DNA of 55,284 nucleotides, taken from a virus. Taxonomy: Duplodnaviria; Heunggongvirae; Uroviricota; Caudoviricetes. Of the stretch, positions 1 to 13,700 are shown piece after piece. Below the pieces are notes generated by a model. The model was not told the origin of the DNA. It ran no database searches and was given only the letters and a program-made list of their open reading frames with translations. The stretch spans positions 1-55,284 of IMG/VR virus record IMGVR_UViG_2648501186_000003; one strand, given 5' to 3'. A program made the position numbers and the translations under genes. The first letter of the stretch is position 1, and each line of letters begins with the position of its first letter.

Positions 1-1
1 C

Positions 2-637
2 AGTGCGATCGCAAACTCATCCGTATCTGAAGAAAAAGCTCTTGAGTGGGCCGACTCTTTTATCACGGAAGAAGTGGAAGAAGCCCGCGCTGGACAGAAT
101 GGTGGGATAGACCTGCGCAAGGAACTTGCTGATATTTATCGCCTGACCGGCGGTAAAATTTCGACCTTATCAAAGGTGGTTCACCACCAGGGAAGGGCAT
201 ATGCAAATCTTAATGGTGTTGTTGCTGTCAATTTGAACGATGAAAATGCAAGTGCACTGTGGCACGAGCTGGGTCATCATCTTGAGTACAGTAACCCTGG
301 TTTGTTAGAGAAAGCCCGGTCATTCCTGAAGGCCAATGTTGAAGGGGATAAGCCATCTTTCGTTAATATCGGTGGGCGTGGCAAGCCTGAATGGTGCTTC
401 AGATCTCGATTGAGTAATATTTATATGGCGAAGGTATACCCGCCAGCCTCAGTGAGTAACTCCGGGAAAATTCGGCAGAAAGCACCGACTATTTCAAAAA
501 CATCAGCAACGGAAGTATTCTCTATGGCTCTTCAGTTGTATCATGACAAAGAGGCCGCTGCCGCATCACTGATGAATGGTGACGGATTGCTGGAACTGTT
601 ATTAGGTGTGGCAAAGGAGCTAAATAATGCAGATTAA
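2..637 (+). CDS. 5'-truncated CDS, open to the window edge; C-terminal region with an HExxH zinc-metallopeptidase-like motif
   Basis: Frame is open from nt 2 with no stop until 635-637; the track start at 74 is an internal GTG. Motif WHELGHHLE. Function inferred from the motif only. Confidence 0.45.
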   Translation, partial: SAIANSSVSEEKALEWADSFITEEVEEARAGQNGGIDLRKELADIYRLTGGKISTLSKVVHHQGRAYANLNGVVAVNLNDENASALWHELGHHLEYSNPGLLEKARSFLKANVEGDKPSFVNIGGRGKPEWCFRSRLSNIYMAKVYPPASVSNSGKIRQKAPTISKTSATEVFSMALQLYHDKEAAAASLMNGDGLLELLLGVAKELNNAD

Positions 638-935
638 AATCGCAGCGCCATTAGGCGGAGATGCCATTATCGAATTTGATGATAATGAAGAAGTTTCCGG
701 GCGTTTAAGCATTATCTCCGGTGACATTACCGAGGACATGATCGCTGAAGCCATAGCTGGGGCAAATCCCAATAGCTATATGGGATTCGTTAACACCCTT
801 GATGCTCCCGCAAGTGATGTTCTCCGAACGCTGCATCTTTACGCTGGCTGGTTTGTTGATTGGCCAGCAGTAGATGGTGGCGATGAGGACGACAACGATG
901 ATTTTGGTGATCATGTAGACCAGATCGTATATTGA
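627..935 (+). CDS. Acidic hypothetical protein (102 aa), translationally coupled to the upstream ORF
   Basis: ATG overlaps the upstream stop region; D/E-rich C-terminus; followed by a terminator hairpin. Confidence 0.4.
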   Translation: MQIKIAAPLGGDAIIEFDDNEEVSGRLSIISGDITEDMIAEAIAGANPNSYMGFVNTLDAPASDVLRTLHLYAGWFVDWPAVDGGDEDDNDDFGDHVDQIVY

Positions 936-936
936 A

Positions 937-970
937 GAAATCCCGCAGATTGGCGGGATTTCTTGTTTAT
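937..970. terminator. Rho-independent terminator hairpin between convergent genes
   Basis: GC stem (aaatcccgc...gcgggattt) followed by a T-rich run, directly after the stop at 933-935. Confidence 0.55.
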
Positions 971-2271
971 GCCAGGCGGGCTATGCGTATTTTACAATCA
1001 TCTAGGTGGATGCGTAGTGCTTCTAAACATGGAGTAAAGTTAGCTGAGAATTTGTCGGACTCACAGGCCAATGCATAAAATTTTTCAGCTAATTCAAGAG
1101 ATTCATCCCATATTTTTCGACTTACAAAGTCTGGTAGTGCTGTTTTTCTAAGCTCATTAGACATTGCTCCCCCAGAGCGTGGGGCAAAACCCATAGGTAA
1201 CATGTCATAGGCTGGAGCAATATGATATGGGCGTCCGTGGCTACTAATAAACGATAGGTTGCCATTATGCATATCGGTATTGCCTATTAGCACACCAAAA
1301 GACCATAGCCTTGTTGCTATAATAATCGCATCAGGATGGACGCACTTATTTTTTACCAACTCTTTAACCAGCAAGGGCCATGTTGCTCTTGCATTCCCAA
1401 CAAATTCTGCATCAAGTGCACGAAGTGAGAATACACCTACCCGACCGAGTTGACCAACACGATCAAATCGGGGAATTTCCAAGAATCTCTGACCGTTATA
1501 ATCAAAAACTTCTGTTTCTACCCCCAGAACTTTTAATGCGAGATGTTCAGCAAACAAGAGATCTCTCCAACGCTCACTTATAGGGGTGTCGTTAGGTGCA
1601 GAGAATTTCACTAATACATGTCCACGCTCTGTGAAAGTACAAAATTTGGGTTGTTCACCTCCAGCAGATGAACCTGGCACATCACCTTCACCAGCGGCTA
1701 AAGCTAATACAGGATATTCAATTTCACGATTAACAGGAACAGGAGGCTGCATCTCTAAAAAATGCGTGCGCGCTTGCTCTCCAATTAACAAATTACCAAC
1801 AACATCATGCCCATGCTTAAGTAAGGCTTTGATCACATCAGTATCTGACCATTGCTCTGGATTTGAGGGAAGGTTAAGTTCAAGAGCATATGCTGATGCA
1901 TATGCTCTTCCAAGGAAGCCTTGTGGACGCATATCAAATAACCACCAAGGTAACCCATCGCTATGCCTGTTATTTTTCCCATCCTCAACCATAACATAGC
2001 CTTCTGGCCTCACCGGAATGAGAGTACCAAGAACGCAAATACACCCCTCTTCAGTTATACGATAAATGGGGACTGATTCGAATCCTCTAAAAGAGTCTCG
2101 TAAAGCATATTGAATAGATCTTCCATTTCCGATCCTAACGATTTCATCACCAAGTTCTCTTAATGCTCTAGATATCGTTGGTTGGCTAACACTGAGTTTT
2201 TCAACCAATTGTCTTGGTGTCATAGGCCCTTGATTGAGCAAGTTACGGATTGTTGTTGCATGTGTAGCCAT
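967..2271 (-). CDS. HipA-family Ser/Thr kinase with fused N-terminal HTH (YjjJ/HipH-like)
   Basis: N-terminal HTH (PRQLVEKLSVSQPTISRALREL) and C-terminal HipA-type catalytic loop (LIGNTDMHNGNLSF). Start taken at the ATG at 2271; the track TTG start at 2331 would add 20 aa. Confidence 0.65.
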   Translation of the reverse strand: MATHATTIRNLLNQGPMTPRQLVEKLSVSQPTISRALRELGDEIVRIGNGRSIQYALRDSFRGFESVPIYRITEEGCICVLGTLIPVRPEGYVMVEDGKNNRHSDGLPWWLFDMRPQGFLGRAYASAYALELNLPSNPEQWSDTDVIKALLKHGHDVVGNLLIGEQARTHFLEMQPPVPVNREIEYPVLALAAGEGDVPGSSAGGEQPKFCTFTERGHVLVKFSAPNDTPISERWRDLLFAEHLALKVLGVETEVFDYNGQRFLEIPRFDRVGQLGRVGVFSLRALDAEFVGNARATWPLLVKELVKNKCVHPDAIIIATRLWSFGVLIGNTDMHNGNLSFISSHGRPYHIAPAYDMLPMGFAPRSGGAMSNELRKTALPDFVSRKIWDESLELAEKFYALACESDKFSANFTPCLEALRIHLDDCKIRIARLA

Positions 2272-2288
2272 AGTTTTAATTACTGTTG

Positions 2289-2321
2289 TGAATAGATTAA
2301 TGAATAGATTTATGAATGCAT
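2289..2321. repeat. Direct repeats TGAATAGATT x2 plus a partial third copy, just upstream of the kinase ATG
   Basis: Seen directly: tgaatagatta / tgaatagattt / tgaatgcat. Confidence 0.5.
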
Positions 2322-2443
2322 ACCATAGCAAGCAAAACGGGAGGTGTCACTAATTTAGATAAGTTAAAAAGACTTCTTTAAGAGATAATGACTAGGCGCT
2401 TTAACTGCTAGCTAACATAATAATTGGTCATTTAACGTGGAGT

Positions 2444-2468
2444 TCCCCGCCAACTGACGGGGTTTTTA
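2444..2468 (+). terminator. Plus-strand intrinsic terminator in a minus-strand intergenic region
   Basis: ccccgccaactgacgggg followed by tttttatt; the U-run is on the plus strand only. Confidence 0.5.
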
Positions 2469-3263
2469 TTAGTCACTTTCTGTTTCTTCTGGAATGTTTT
2501 CTTGCGGTTCTGCCAATGCAGCACGACATAGGTTCCTGGCATTGGCTATAGCCACACTTTTGACTTCATCCGTCATCGTGCAGGTAATGTACTGATCGAG
2601 TTCTTCAGCTCGGATGATGCTTTTGCCAATCAGAAACTGTATTTGCCAGTGCAGATCGGCATCCATAATCAGAATTTCTGCCGGGCCTTCAGGGCCAGCC
2701 GGGAAGGAAACATAAGACTGTTTGCCCAAGCCGATAACTCGACAACTTGTTTCAAGAATTGCGCGCTTGAGGTCTGACTTTGTAACGGAAACAGGTTGGT
2801 TTTCACCAGTGATTACGCCGTTGATATGGAAGTGAAAGGGCATGTAGCTTGAAATTCGCTCTACTTTCCATACGCCAGCAAGCGATCCTTCATGCAGCAC
2901 AATGGGGGTAACCGCGAGTTTCATCTCACCATATAACTGCTGGCAGATAGCTGGATTGCTGAATACATCCAAAGGTTCACACTCAAACAGCGGCGCAATC
3001 TGCATGAGGTCCATCATGGTCATACCAGAAGTACGAGCAGTAATGAATTTGCGCATGCCAGTATCCATTGTGCGCCAGATAGCCACACCATGTTTTTTGC
3101 TCACTTCTTCAGTAAAGCCCAGGTGGCACATGATGGTTTTTTCGATAGCCAGATCAGAGATAGAAACCTTTTCGCCTGGCACTCCATCATTATTGATGGT
3201 CACTTCGACACTCTGGCCATTACGTAGGCGGTATTGAATGGTTTTAGTATTTTGTGCTGTCAT
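2469..3263 (-). CDS. Hypothetical protein (264 aa)
   Basis: Long ORF; start chosen at the internal ATG at 3263, which has an AGGA Shine-Dalgarno sequence (track start at 3383). No family motif recognised. Confidence 0.5.
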   Translation of the reverse strand: MTAQNTKTIQYRLRNGQSVEVTINNDGVPGEKVSISDLAIEKTIMCHLGFTEEVSKKHGVAIWRTMDTGMRKFITARTSGMTMMDLMQIAPLFECEPLDVFSNPAICQQLYGEMKLAVTPIVLHEGSLAGVWKVERISSYMPFHFHINGVITGENQPVSVTKSDLKRAILETSCRVIGLGKQSYVSFPAGPEGPAEILIMDADLHWQIQFLIGKSIIRAEELDQYITCTMTDEVKSVAIANARNLCRAALAEPQENIPEETESD

Positions 3264-3460
3264 AGTCTTTCCTCTGCTTAAAACCTGGTGTATTGCGCCT
3301 TCAGGTGGGTCAGGAATGTTTTCCCACCAGCGAAAGCAATATCTCGGGGTGTTCTTTTCGTGAAAAGCGCGTGCCATTGCCAACTTTGGCGTTTTTTAGC
3401 GAGTTCGTGCTTTTGTTGGCGTCTGGACCACCGCTTTTCTTTCAATCGTTTTTTACTCAT

Positions 3461-3949
3461 TCAAAACGGAATATCGTCGTCAAAGTCCATTGGAGGTTCG
3501 TTATTGGCGTTGCTCTGAGGTTTACCGCCACCACTGTATTGCTGGTGGTTTTGAGGTTGGTTTGATTGCCCCCAGCCATTTGAGGACTGTGAATCGTCAC
3601 GGCGAGCGCCGATCATTTGCATGGTGCCGCCCTGGCTGACGATAATTTCCGTCGTGTAACGTTCTACACCGGCGTCATCTGTCCACTTACGGGTTTTAAG
3701 TTTCCCTTCGATGTAGACCTGAGAACCTTTTCGTAAATACTCACTCGCAATTTCAGCAAGTTTTCCGAACAAAACGACTTTATGCCATTCTGTTTGCTCT
3801 TTCTGTTGGCCCGTTTGCTTGTCGCGCCATGATTCATTCGTTGCGATGCTTAGTCTTCCGACCGCGCCGCCATTTGGTATATACCTGATCTCCGGGTCTT
3901 GCCCCAGGGTACCAATCAGGATGACTTTGTTTACACCGCGTTGTGCCAC
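3461..3949 (-). CDS. ssb: Single-stranded DNA-binding protein
   Basis: OB-fold N-terminus ([18 protein letters not shown]), Gly/Gln-rich linker and acidic tail ending DDDIPF. Confidence 0.9.
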   Translation of the reverse strand: MAQRGVNKVILIGTLGQDPEIRYIPNGGAVGRLSIATNESWRDKQTGQQKEQTEWHKVVLFGKLAEIASEYLRKGSQVYIEGKLKTRKWTDDAGVERYTTEIIVSQGGTMQMIGARRDDSQSSNGWGQSNQPQNHQQYSGGGKPQSNANNEPPMDFDDDIPF

Positions 3950-3968
3950 TTATCTTACCTAATAAATT

Positions 3969-3985
3969 AAATTAATTAGAGCAAT
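3969..3985 (-). promoter_or_regulatory. C1-operator-like site (16/17 to ATTGCTCTAATAAATTT)
   Basis: aaattaattagagcaat in the divergent ssb/lyz intergenic region; the consensus is from memory of P1 C1 operators. Confidence 0.5.
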
Positions 3986-4118
3986 AATGTATATCTTTGA
4001 AACGTAGCTAACAAGTGATTTGCATTATCCTGTGCCTTCTAAAGGGATCGAGTCAGTCGGTATTGGCTGTGAATGGGTGTTTGTCCTGGAGCGTAAAAAA
4101 TTCGCTTATGAGGTCTTT

Positions 4119-4676
4119 ATGAAGGGAAAAACAGCCGCAGGAGGCGGTGCAATTTGCGCTATCGCGGTGATGATTACCATCGTGATGGGTAATGGCAATG
4201 TGCGAACCAACCAGGCGGGGCTTGAGCTTATCGGAAACGCTGAAGGTTGCCGACGTGACCCATACATGTGCCCGGCGGGTGTATGGACTGACGGGATTGG
4301 TAATACACACGGGGTAACGCCAGGCGTGCGAAAAACCGACCAGCAAATCGCCGCTGATTGGGAAAAGAATATCCTGATCGCTGAACGCTGTATTAACCAG
4401 CACTTCCGGGGCAAAGACATGCCCGATAATTCCTTCAGTGCAATGACAAGCGCGGCATTCAATATGGGATGCAATAACTTACGGACCTACTACAGCAAAG
4501 CGCGAGGCATGCGAGTCGAAACGTCCATCCACAAGTGGGCGCAGAAAGGGGAATGGGTGAATATGTGTAACCATCTCCCTGATTTTGTGAACAGTAACGG
4601 CGTGCCCCTGCGAGGTTTAAAGATTCGCCGTGAAAAAGAACACCAACTTTGCCTGACGGGACTGGTCAATGAATAA
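4119..4676 (+). CDS. lyz: SAR-type endolysin (T4-lysozyme/GH24 family)
   Basis: N-terminal Gly/Ala-rich signal-anchor (AAGGGAICAIAVMITIVMG) followed by a lysozyme catalytic region (ELIGNAEGCRRDPYMCPAGVWTDGIGNTHGV). Start set at the ATG at 4119, giving 185 aa. Confidence 0.8.
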   Translation: MKGKTAAGGGAICAIAVMITIVMGNGNVRTNQAGLELIGNAEGCRRDPYMCPAGVWTDGIGNTHGVTPGVRKTDQQIAADWEKNILIAERCINQHFRGKDMPDNSFSAMTSAAFNMGCNNLRTYYSKARGMRVETSIHKWAQKGEWVNMCNHLPDFVNSNGVPLRGLKIRREKEHQLCLTGLVNE

Positions 4677-4920
4677 ACTCCGGCAGCTCCGCAGACTTTC
4701 GACAATGAAGTTATCGCTGGCAGCGATAGTTTTCGACTCGATTTTCATGGCGGTATATGTGCTTAATGAAACGTGGCCACTGGAACCGCTATTGTATGCT
4801 GGGCTTCGGCTGTGCCTGACATTTTTGAGCATGGCCGCGAGATTGATGCAGCAGAAAGAAACCGCTTCAGATTGTCCACGCCGCGCGGTGCGCAAATATA
4901 TGGCACGCAGACGAAGGTGA
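4669..4920 (+). CDS. Small membrane protein coupled to lyz (possible lysis accessory)
   Basis: ATG overlaps the lyz stop; one hydrophobic helix and a basic C-terminus. Confidence 0.4.
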   Translation: MNKLRQLRRLSTMKLSLAAIVFDSIFMAVYVLNETWPLEPLLYAGLRLCLTFLSMAARLMQQKETASDCPRRAVRKYMARRRR

Positions 4921-4936
4921 TAATAGTTAACGAGAA

Positions 4937-4962
4937 CCCCGGCAGCCGCCGGGGTTATTTTT
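4937..4962 (+). terminator. Rho-independent terminator
   Basis: ccccggc-agcc-gccgggg followed by ttattttt. Confidence 0.6.
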
Positions 4963-4967
4963 GGTGG

Positions 4968-7698
<2,731 letters not shown>

Positions 7699-7764
7699 TT
7701 AATTAGAATAATTCGCATCGTGTTTGAACGGAATTTAACACTAGTCACTTGTTAAGGATTACCA

Positions 7765-10700
7765 ATGAACAAGCTATCTATGGGTGTGTTTCGCTGTTCA
7801 AGTGTCAGCGAAATATTGAAATACATTAGGGCAATAACATCTCACCGAGCGCCGATTAAATACGGCGTGGAAAAGGTGGAAGGCAAAAGCTATGACCGAC
7901 TGCGCCGGGAGGCGAATCAGAAGGCGATAGATTTGCTTAATTCGCTGGTGGACGGCGCGACACTGACAGATGAACAGCGCCAGATCCTGGCCGGGTACAC
8001 TGGTGAAGGCGGCATTGGCGGGTCCGTCTCCGAATATTACACACCAAAGCCTATCGCTGAAGGTGTCTGGGAGATCATGAAGCTCTACGGCGCGGACGTA
8101 GGTAACACTCTGGAACCATCGGCGGGAACCGGCGTTTTTAATGAGACAAAACCGGTTGGTACGGTGATGACCGCGACTGAGATCAGCAGTGTTTCCGGTC
8201 GTATAAACCAGTTGTTACACCCGGAAGACAGCGTACAGATTTCCCCGTTCGAACAGCTGGCTATAAACACGCCTAACGATTCATTCGACCATGTTGTGGG
8301 TAACGTTCCGTTCGGCGGTCGTGATAACACACGCAACATCGATAAGCCTTACGCAGAAGAAACGGACATGGGGTCTTACTTCATGCTCCGCATGCTGGAC
8401 AAGATAAAACCTGGCGGATTCATGTGTGTGATTGTGCCGCCGTCCATTGTTTCAGGTTCAAACATGAAGCGGTTACGCCTGCGCTTATCCCGTAAAGCTG
8501 AATTTCTTGGCGCTCACCGCTTGCCTACCGGTACTTTTGACGCAAACGGGACCAGTACAGTCGTTGATGTGGTGCTGATGCGCAAACATCCGGCAGAGAT
8601 GGCTGAGAAAATCCCCCTGGTGGATGAAAGCACTCTCGAATCGGCAAATGTGCTTTGGCCAACGTTTATTTCTGGCAAGTGGTTTGAAAAGGACGGCCGC
8701 CGGTTTGTTCATGGCACCCAGGAAAAGGGCTTCCAGGGGCGTATTGAGGTTCGTGCCGACGGTCAGATTGATAACCAGGCTCTTAAAGCGAAGCTGATTC
8801 ATCGTTTCGAAAGCCGTATCGACTGGTCTTTGCTCGATATGGCTGAACCGTCACCGACCGCAGACGTTGTTGGTGAAGGGGAAATGCGCCTGATTAATGG
8901 CGTATGGCAAAAATATGCTGGTGGTCGCTGGATTGAAGCTGATGCCGGGAAGGAACTTAAGATCGATGCTGCCAGTTATGGCGCGGATAGCTGGGAGGCT
9001 CTTCAGCGTAACCTGACTACAACAGAAGGCCGTCTCGGCATGACATTTACCCAGATGGCAAATGTCCGCGATAAGTACACCACATCAATCAGCGACGATA
9101 TGGTGCAGCTGGTGGACTGGATTAACAGCCAGCCTGAAAAATACCGTGAACGCTTGTATCGCGGGGCGATGATTGGCCGGATGTTAATTGAATATCAGGA
9201 CATGAAGGCCGCCGGGCATAGTGCTGAACAAATCGAACAGCAGCGCCTTTCTCTGGTATCCCGTTTGCAGGCAGAGATTGACCGTTTTGGTAACCCCGGT
9301 CGCGGTCCGATAGCGAAATTGTCGGGGAGCGGTGCGCGCGCCTGGTTTGCTTTCCGTGGTGCGATTAAGCTGGATGGCACTATTTCTGACGAGCTGACAG
9401 GAAAGCTGGTTACGCATGATTCCAGCGCAAGTTATGACTCCACCAGCTATCAGGACACCCTGCGTTATCTCTATAGCGATCTCACCCGCGATCCAATCCA
9501 GCTCGATGATTTCCGCCTTGCGTTTACCGGCGAACTGCCAGCCAGTGATGAAGAGTTGCTTAATTTATTGGCCAGCACCCCTGGTATTGCGGTTTCACCG
9601 TATGGCGGGATTGTTCCGTTCGCCCGCGCCACCAGCGGCGACATTAACGAGATAGTGGCTCCAAAACAGGAATTCCTCGCCACACTCCCCGACGGTCCAG
9701 TAAAGAACAACGTCCTTAATCAGCTGGCAGCTATCGAAGAGAAGCGCATCAAGACGCCAGCAGAGAATATCCGGTTTAAGCTCAATAGCCGTTGGTTCGA
9801 CCGCTCCGTCATTCTGGAATTTTTGCAGGAAAACGGCTATCCGGATCTGCGCTATGTGCAGTCAGTGCAGCTGGAAGGCGACGAAATGGTTTCTGACACC
9901 TATCACGGTGGTGATGGTCTGTTCGTCGGGCACCGATACGGTGTCGTCCAGCGCAAGGATAAAGAAACAGGCGAGATCCGCTACGAGTGGGACCGTAAAT
10001 CGGGTGAAAACGCGACCGGGTTCCCGGCACAGCTGGAAAAGTATCTCAATGGTGCGCGTATCGGTGGCAAAGATAGCGCGACGGCGAACGGCTACCGCGA
10101 GCAGATGGCACTGCTTGAGGACCAGTTCAATAAGTGGATCAAGACGCACGATCGCTACGATGAGCTGGTTGCCAAATACAACGATGTGTTCAATAGCAAT
10201 ATCCCGTATGAACACTCTGGCGATCCGCTTGGGTTGAAGGGATTAAGCGGTAAGCGCCAGCCATTTGATTACCAGAATAGCGAGGTGCGCCGACTGTCCG
10301 AAGATGGGCGCGGCATCCTGGGCTTCGGCACCGGGCTGGGTAAAACCACGACCGCGCTGGCGCTTGAGGCGTTCAACTATGAGAACGGTCGCTCCACCCG
10401 TACTGCGTATGTAGTGCCTAAATCAGTGCTGGAAAACTGGTATTACGAAGCAAAAGAATTCCTGAGTGAAGAGGCATTCAGTAACTACCTGTTCGTCGGT
10501 CTTGATGTGCTGATGGATGGCGATCAGATTCGCCAGGTGCCGGTGCTCGATGAGAACGGTAAACCTGTTCTTGGTACTGATGGCACTCCAGTTATGCGCG
10601 ATGCTCTTAAGCTGGCAGATGAAGCCACTATCACGGCGCGGATGAATGCGATCCCGCACTCAAATTACCGTGCAGTCGTGTTTACCAAAGAACAATACGC

Positions 10701-13700
10701 CCGCATTCCGCTACGTGATGACACCGTAGATGAGCATGCACAGGATATGCTTTATGACTTCGTTGCTGCCGGGCGCGTAGCCAGCGCAATGGACTCCGAC
10801 TCCCACCGCAAAGAGGCCGCGCGTCGCCGGGTATTGTCGGAGTATTCAGATACCGGCACCGAAAAAGCAGAGAAGTATCCGTACTTTGAGGATATGGGCT
10901 TCGATAGTGTGATCGCTGACGAAGGTCACAACTACCGCAATAGCTATAAAAATGGTCGCGAAGCGTCACAACTGGCCTATCTGCCCACCAGCGCGGTGGC
11001 GCAATCGGCGCGAGATATGGCAATTAAAAACGCGTACCTGATGAAAAAGAATGGCGGGCGCGGGCCGGTTCTCCTGACTGCAACGCCAGTCGTTAACACC
11101 CCGATCGATGCATACAACATGCTTTCTCATGTTCTGCCGAAGGAATACTGGCAGAACATGGGGATCTACGGTCCTGATGACTTCGTTAAATTCTTCGGCA
11201 AGACCAGGCTGGAAACGGTACAGAAAATTAGCGGTGAAGTTGAAGAAAAAATGGCGCTGGTGGGCTTTGAAAACCTTGATGCGCTGCGCGGCATATTCCA
11301 TCGCTGGGTAACGCTTAAAACGGCGGAAGACGTTAAGGATACCGTGGAGATCCCGGAGCTGGACGAACACCAGCAGGATGCACCACTTACTGAAGAACAA
11401 CTGGCGGCGTATGAAGAATTGCGTCAGCAGGCGGAAGCGGCGGCCAAAGCCAACAATGGCGTAACGACCTCGGTCAATGAAGACGGCGTGATTGAGCACG
11501 AGAAAGACCGTCCGATCTTCTCAATAATCAGGGATATGGACCGCGTATGTACTGACATGGACCTGTACTATCGCCGGATCACCTATCGTTTCCTGCCGGA
11601 GTACGCCGATGCGGTGCAGCAGCTGGCGGACAGTTTGCCTAAACAAGCCACCAGCGAAGACGACGACAGTGATGATTCAATCACGCAGCAATCGCAATAC
11701 TCCCTGATAGATAAGGGCGAGTTTATTCAGTTGCAGGTTCCGGAAGCGTTCGAGCAGGAAGTGAATAAGCGCCTGGCCAGGTTTGGCATTGACGAACAGA
11801 CCGTAACTCACCCCGTTACGCCCAAATACGCGAAGCTGATCGCCGCGCTGAAGGAGTTTTTCCCGGAAGGTAAGCAAATCATCTTCACCGATGAAAAAAC
11901 GCAGCACCAGAAGCTCAAGCGCATTATCTGCAATGCTCTAAACCTTGAACCTTCAAAGGTGGGGATCCTGAATGCTCAGACGGTTGCCGAGGCAGGTAAA
12001 ACCGGTAAGAAACTGAAAGCGGTTAAACCGCCGAAAGAGCTACCGGATGAACCAACAGATGCACAGATAGCGAAATACAACGAGCAAATGGCTCTGTATG
12101 ACGCCTATATCGCGCAGCAAAATGAAATGTCGTTGGGCGGTCTGGAAAAGATTGCAGCCGACTTCCAGGAGGGCCGGACTCCGATCATCATCTGCAACAA
12201 AAAGGCAGAGGTGGGTATCAACCTGCATCGAGGAACGACTGACATCCATCATCTGACGTTGCCATGGACACCAGCCAGTATCGCACAGCGTAACGGTCGC
12301 GGTGCCCGAGTTGGTTCCAACCGTGCAAGCGTTCGCGTTCACTACTACTGCGGCAAGGGGTCTTTCGATGAATACCGACTGAAGACGCTGAAGCGTAAAG
12401 CAGGCTGGATCTCCGATATCCTCCGTTCAGATAAGTCAGAAATGGAGAACGCCGACGCCAACGATATGATCGAAATGCAGATGTATACCGCTAAGGATGA
12501 TGGCGAACGTCTGGCAATGATGCAGGTTCAAATGGATAAGGCGAAAGCCGCGCAACGCGCTCGCCAGAAAGAACAGGCTACTATCGACCTTCAGAACTAC
12601 ATCAAGGCGCAGCACGCAGCTGGCGAGGATGTGGAGGTACTTACCGCTGAATTAGAGCGAAGCAAAGCGGAACTTGAAAAGACCACCGCCGAGGTAGCTA
12701 AATTCAAACAGGCGGCAATGGCCAAGGCAGCGGATAACGCAGACTGGAAGGCCCGCTGGGGGAGTGTCCATCACACAGACCGTATGTTGTTAGCACAGTA
12801 TCGCGCGTCGTTGAAAAGCGCCATTCAGCGCAAGGCTAATATCTCTCAGGCCATCTCCCGCTATGAGAAATTATTGAACCGTACTCAGAAGGCCGCGACG
12901 GATATCAAACGCCTGCGCCCGCTGGTGGAGGATGCAATAAATAAAGGCATTCTGGATATTGATCCTGACATGGTTAACCATGCGAGTGAGTTCCTTGTTA
13001 TCGGCGATCGCTCATGGCGTGTAGGCCAATACTACGATTGTGCCGGTGATATCGTTCGCATTAAGTCGCTGGACTTCGACAGCCAGCGCGCAGACGTGGA
13101 GATCATCTTTACCTTCAAAGGCACCAAATCGGGTAACTGGGATGTGAAGACGCTGGATAAACAGGTTGATGTAACTCCTGATGAAGATGCTGTTATGCAG
13201 AAAATCAGTGGTGGCGTCTCCATCGCCGGGATTAACGACATCATTTCCTGTGACGATTTCTACCGTTTCCAGCAGCGCGGCATGATCAAAATCACTGACT
13301 CATACGGCGTTCAGACTACAGAGTCAGGCTATAGCATTGATTTTGTTGGTACCTATACGGACCCACTGAAGCATGCGGTTTACCCGGATCGCCGTGACGG
13401 CGCGCTGAAGTCGTCAATTGCAAAATGGGTGCTTGGTATGATGTCGGAAGGGAATAACCGCCAGATCCGTTCGGCAGAAACATTCCTGGTTGAATTGTTT
13501 GGCTCCAATTATGGCGATGTAATCGCGTCATACGGAGATACGCTATCCCCTGAAGCAATTCAGGAGAAAATAGTGGATGCGATCGCAAAAATGCCGGAGA
13601 AAACAAGCCAGGGGGCTACTCGTAACGGGGATTCTGAACTTGAAGTCACCAATGCCATTTTCGGTACCAATGAGTTCCGGGCGTCAGATTATGAGATCAC

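Noticed and set aside
3278-3460. Very basic 60-aa minus-strand ORF abutting the ssb stop
   Set aside because: Lysine/arginine-rich low-complexity translation in an intergenic leader; no Shine-Dalgarno sequence, and it overlaps the alternative upstream extension of the 2469-3263 gene.
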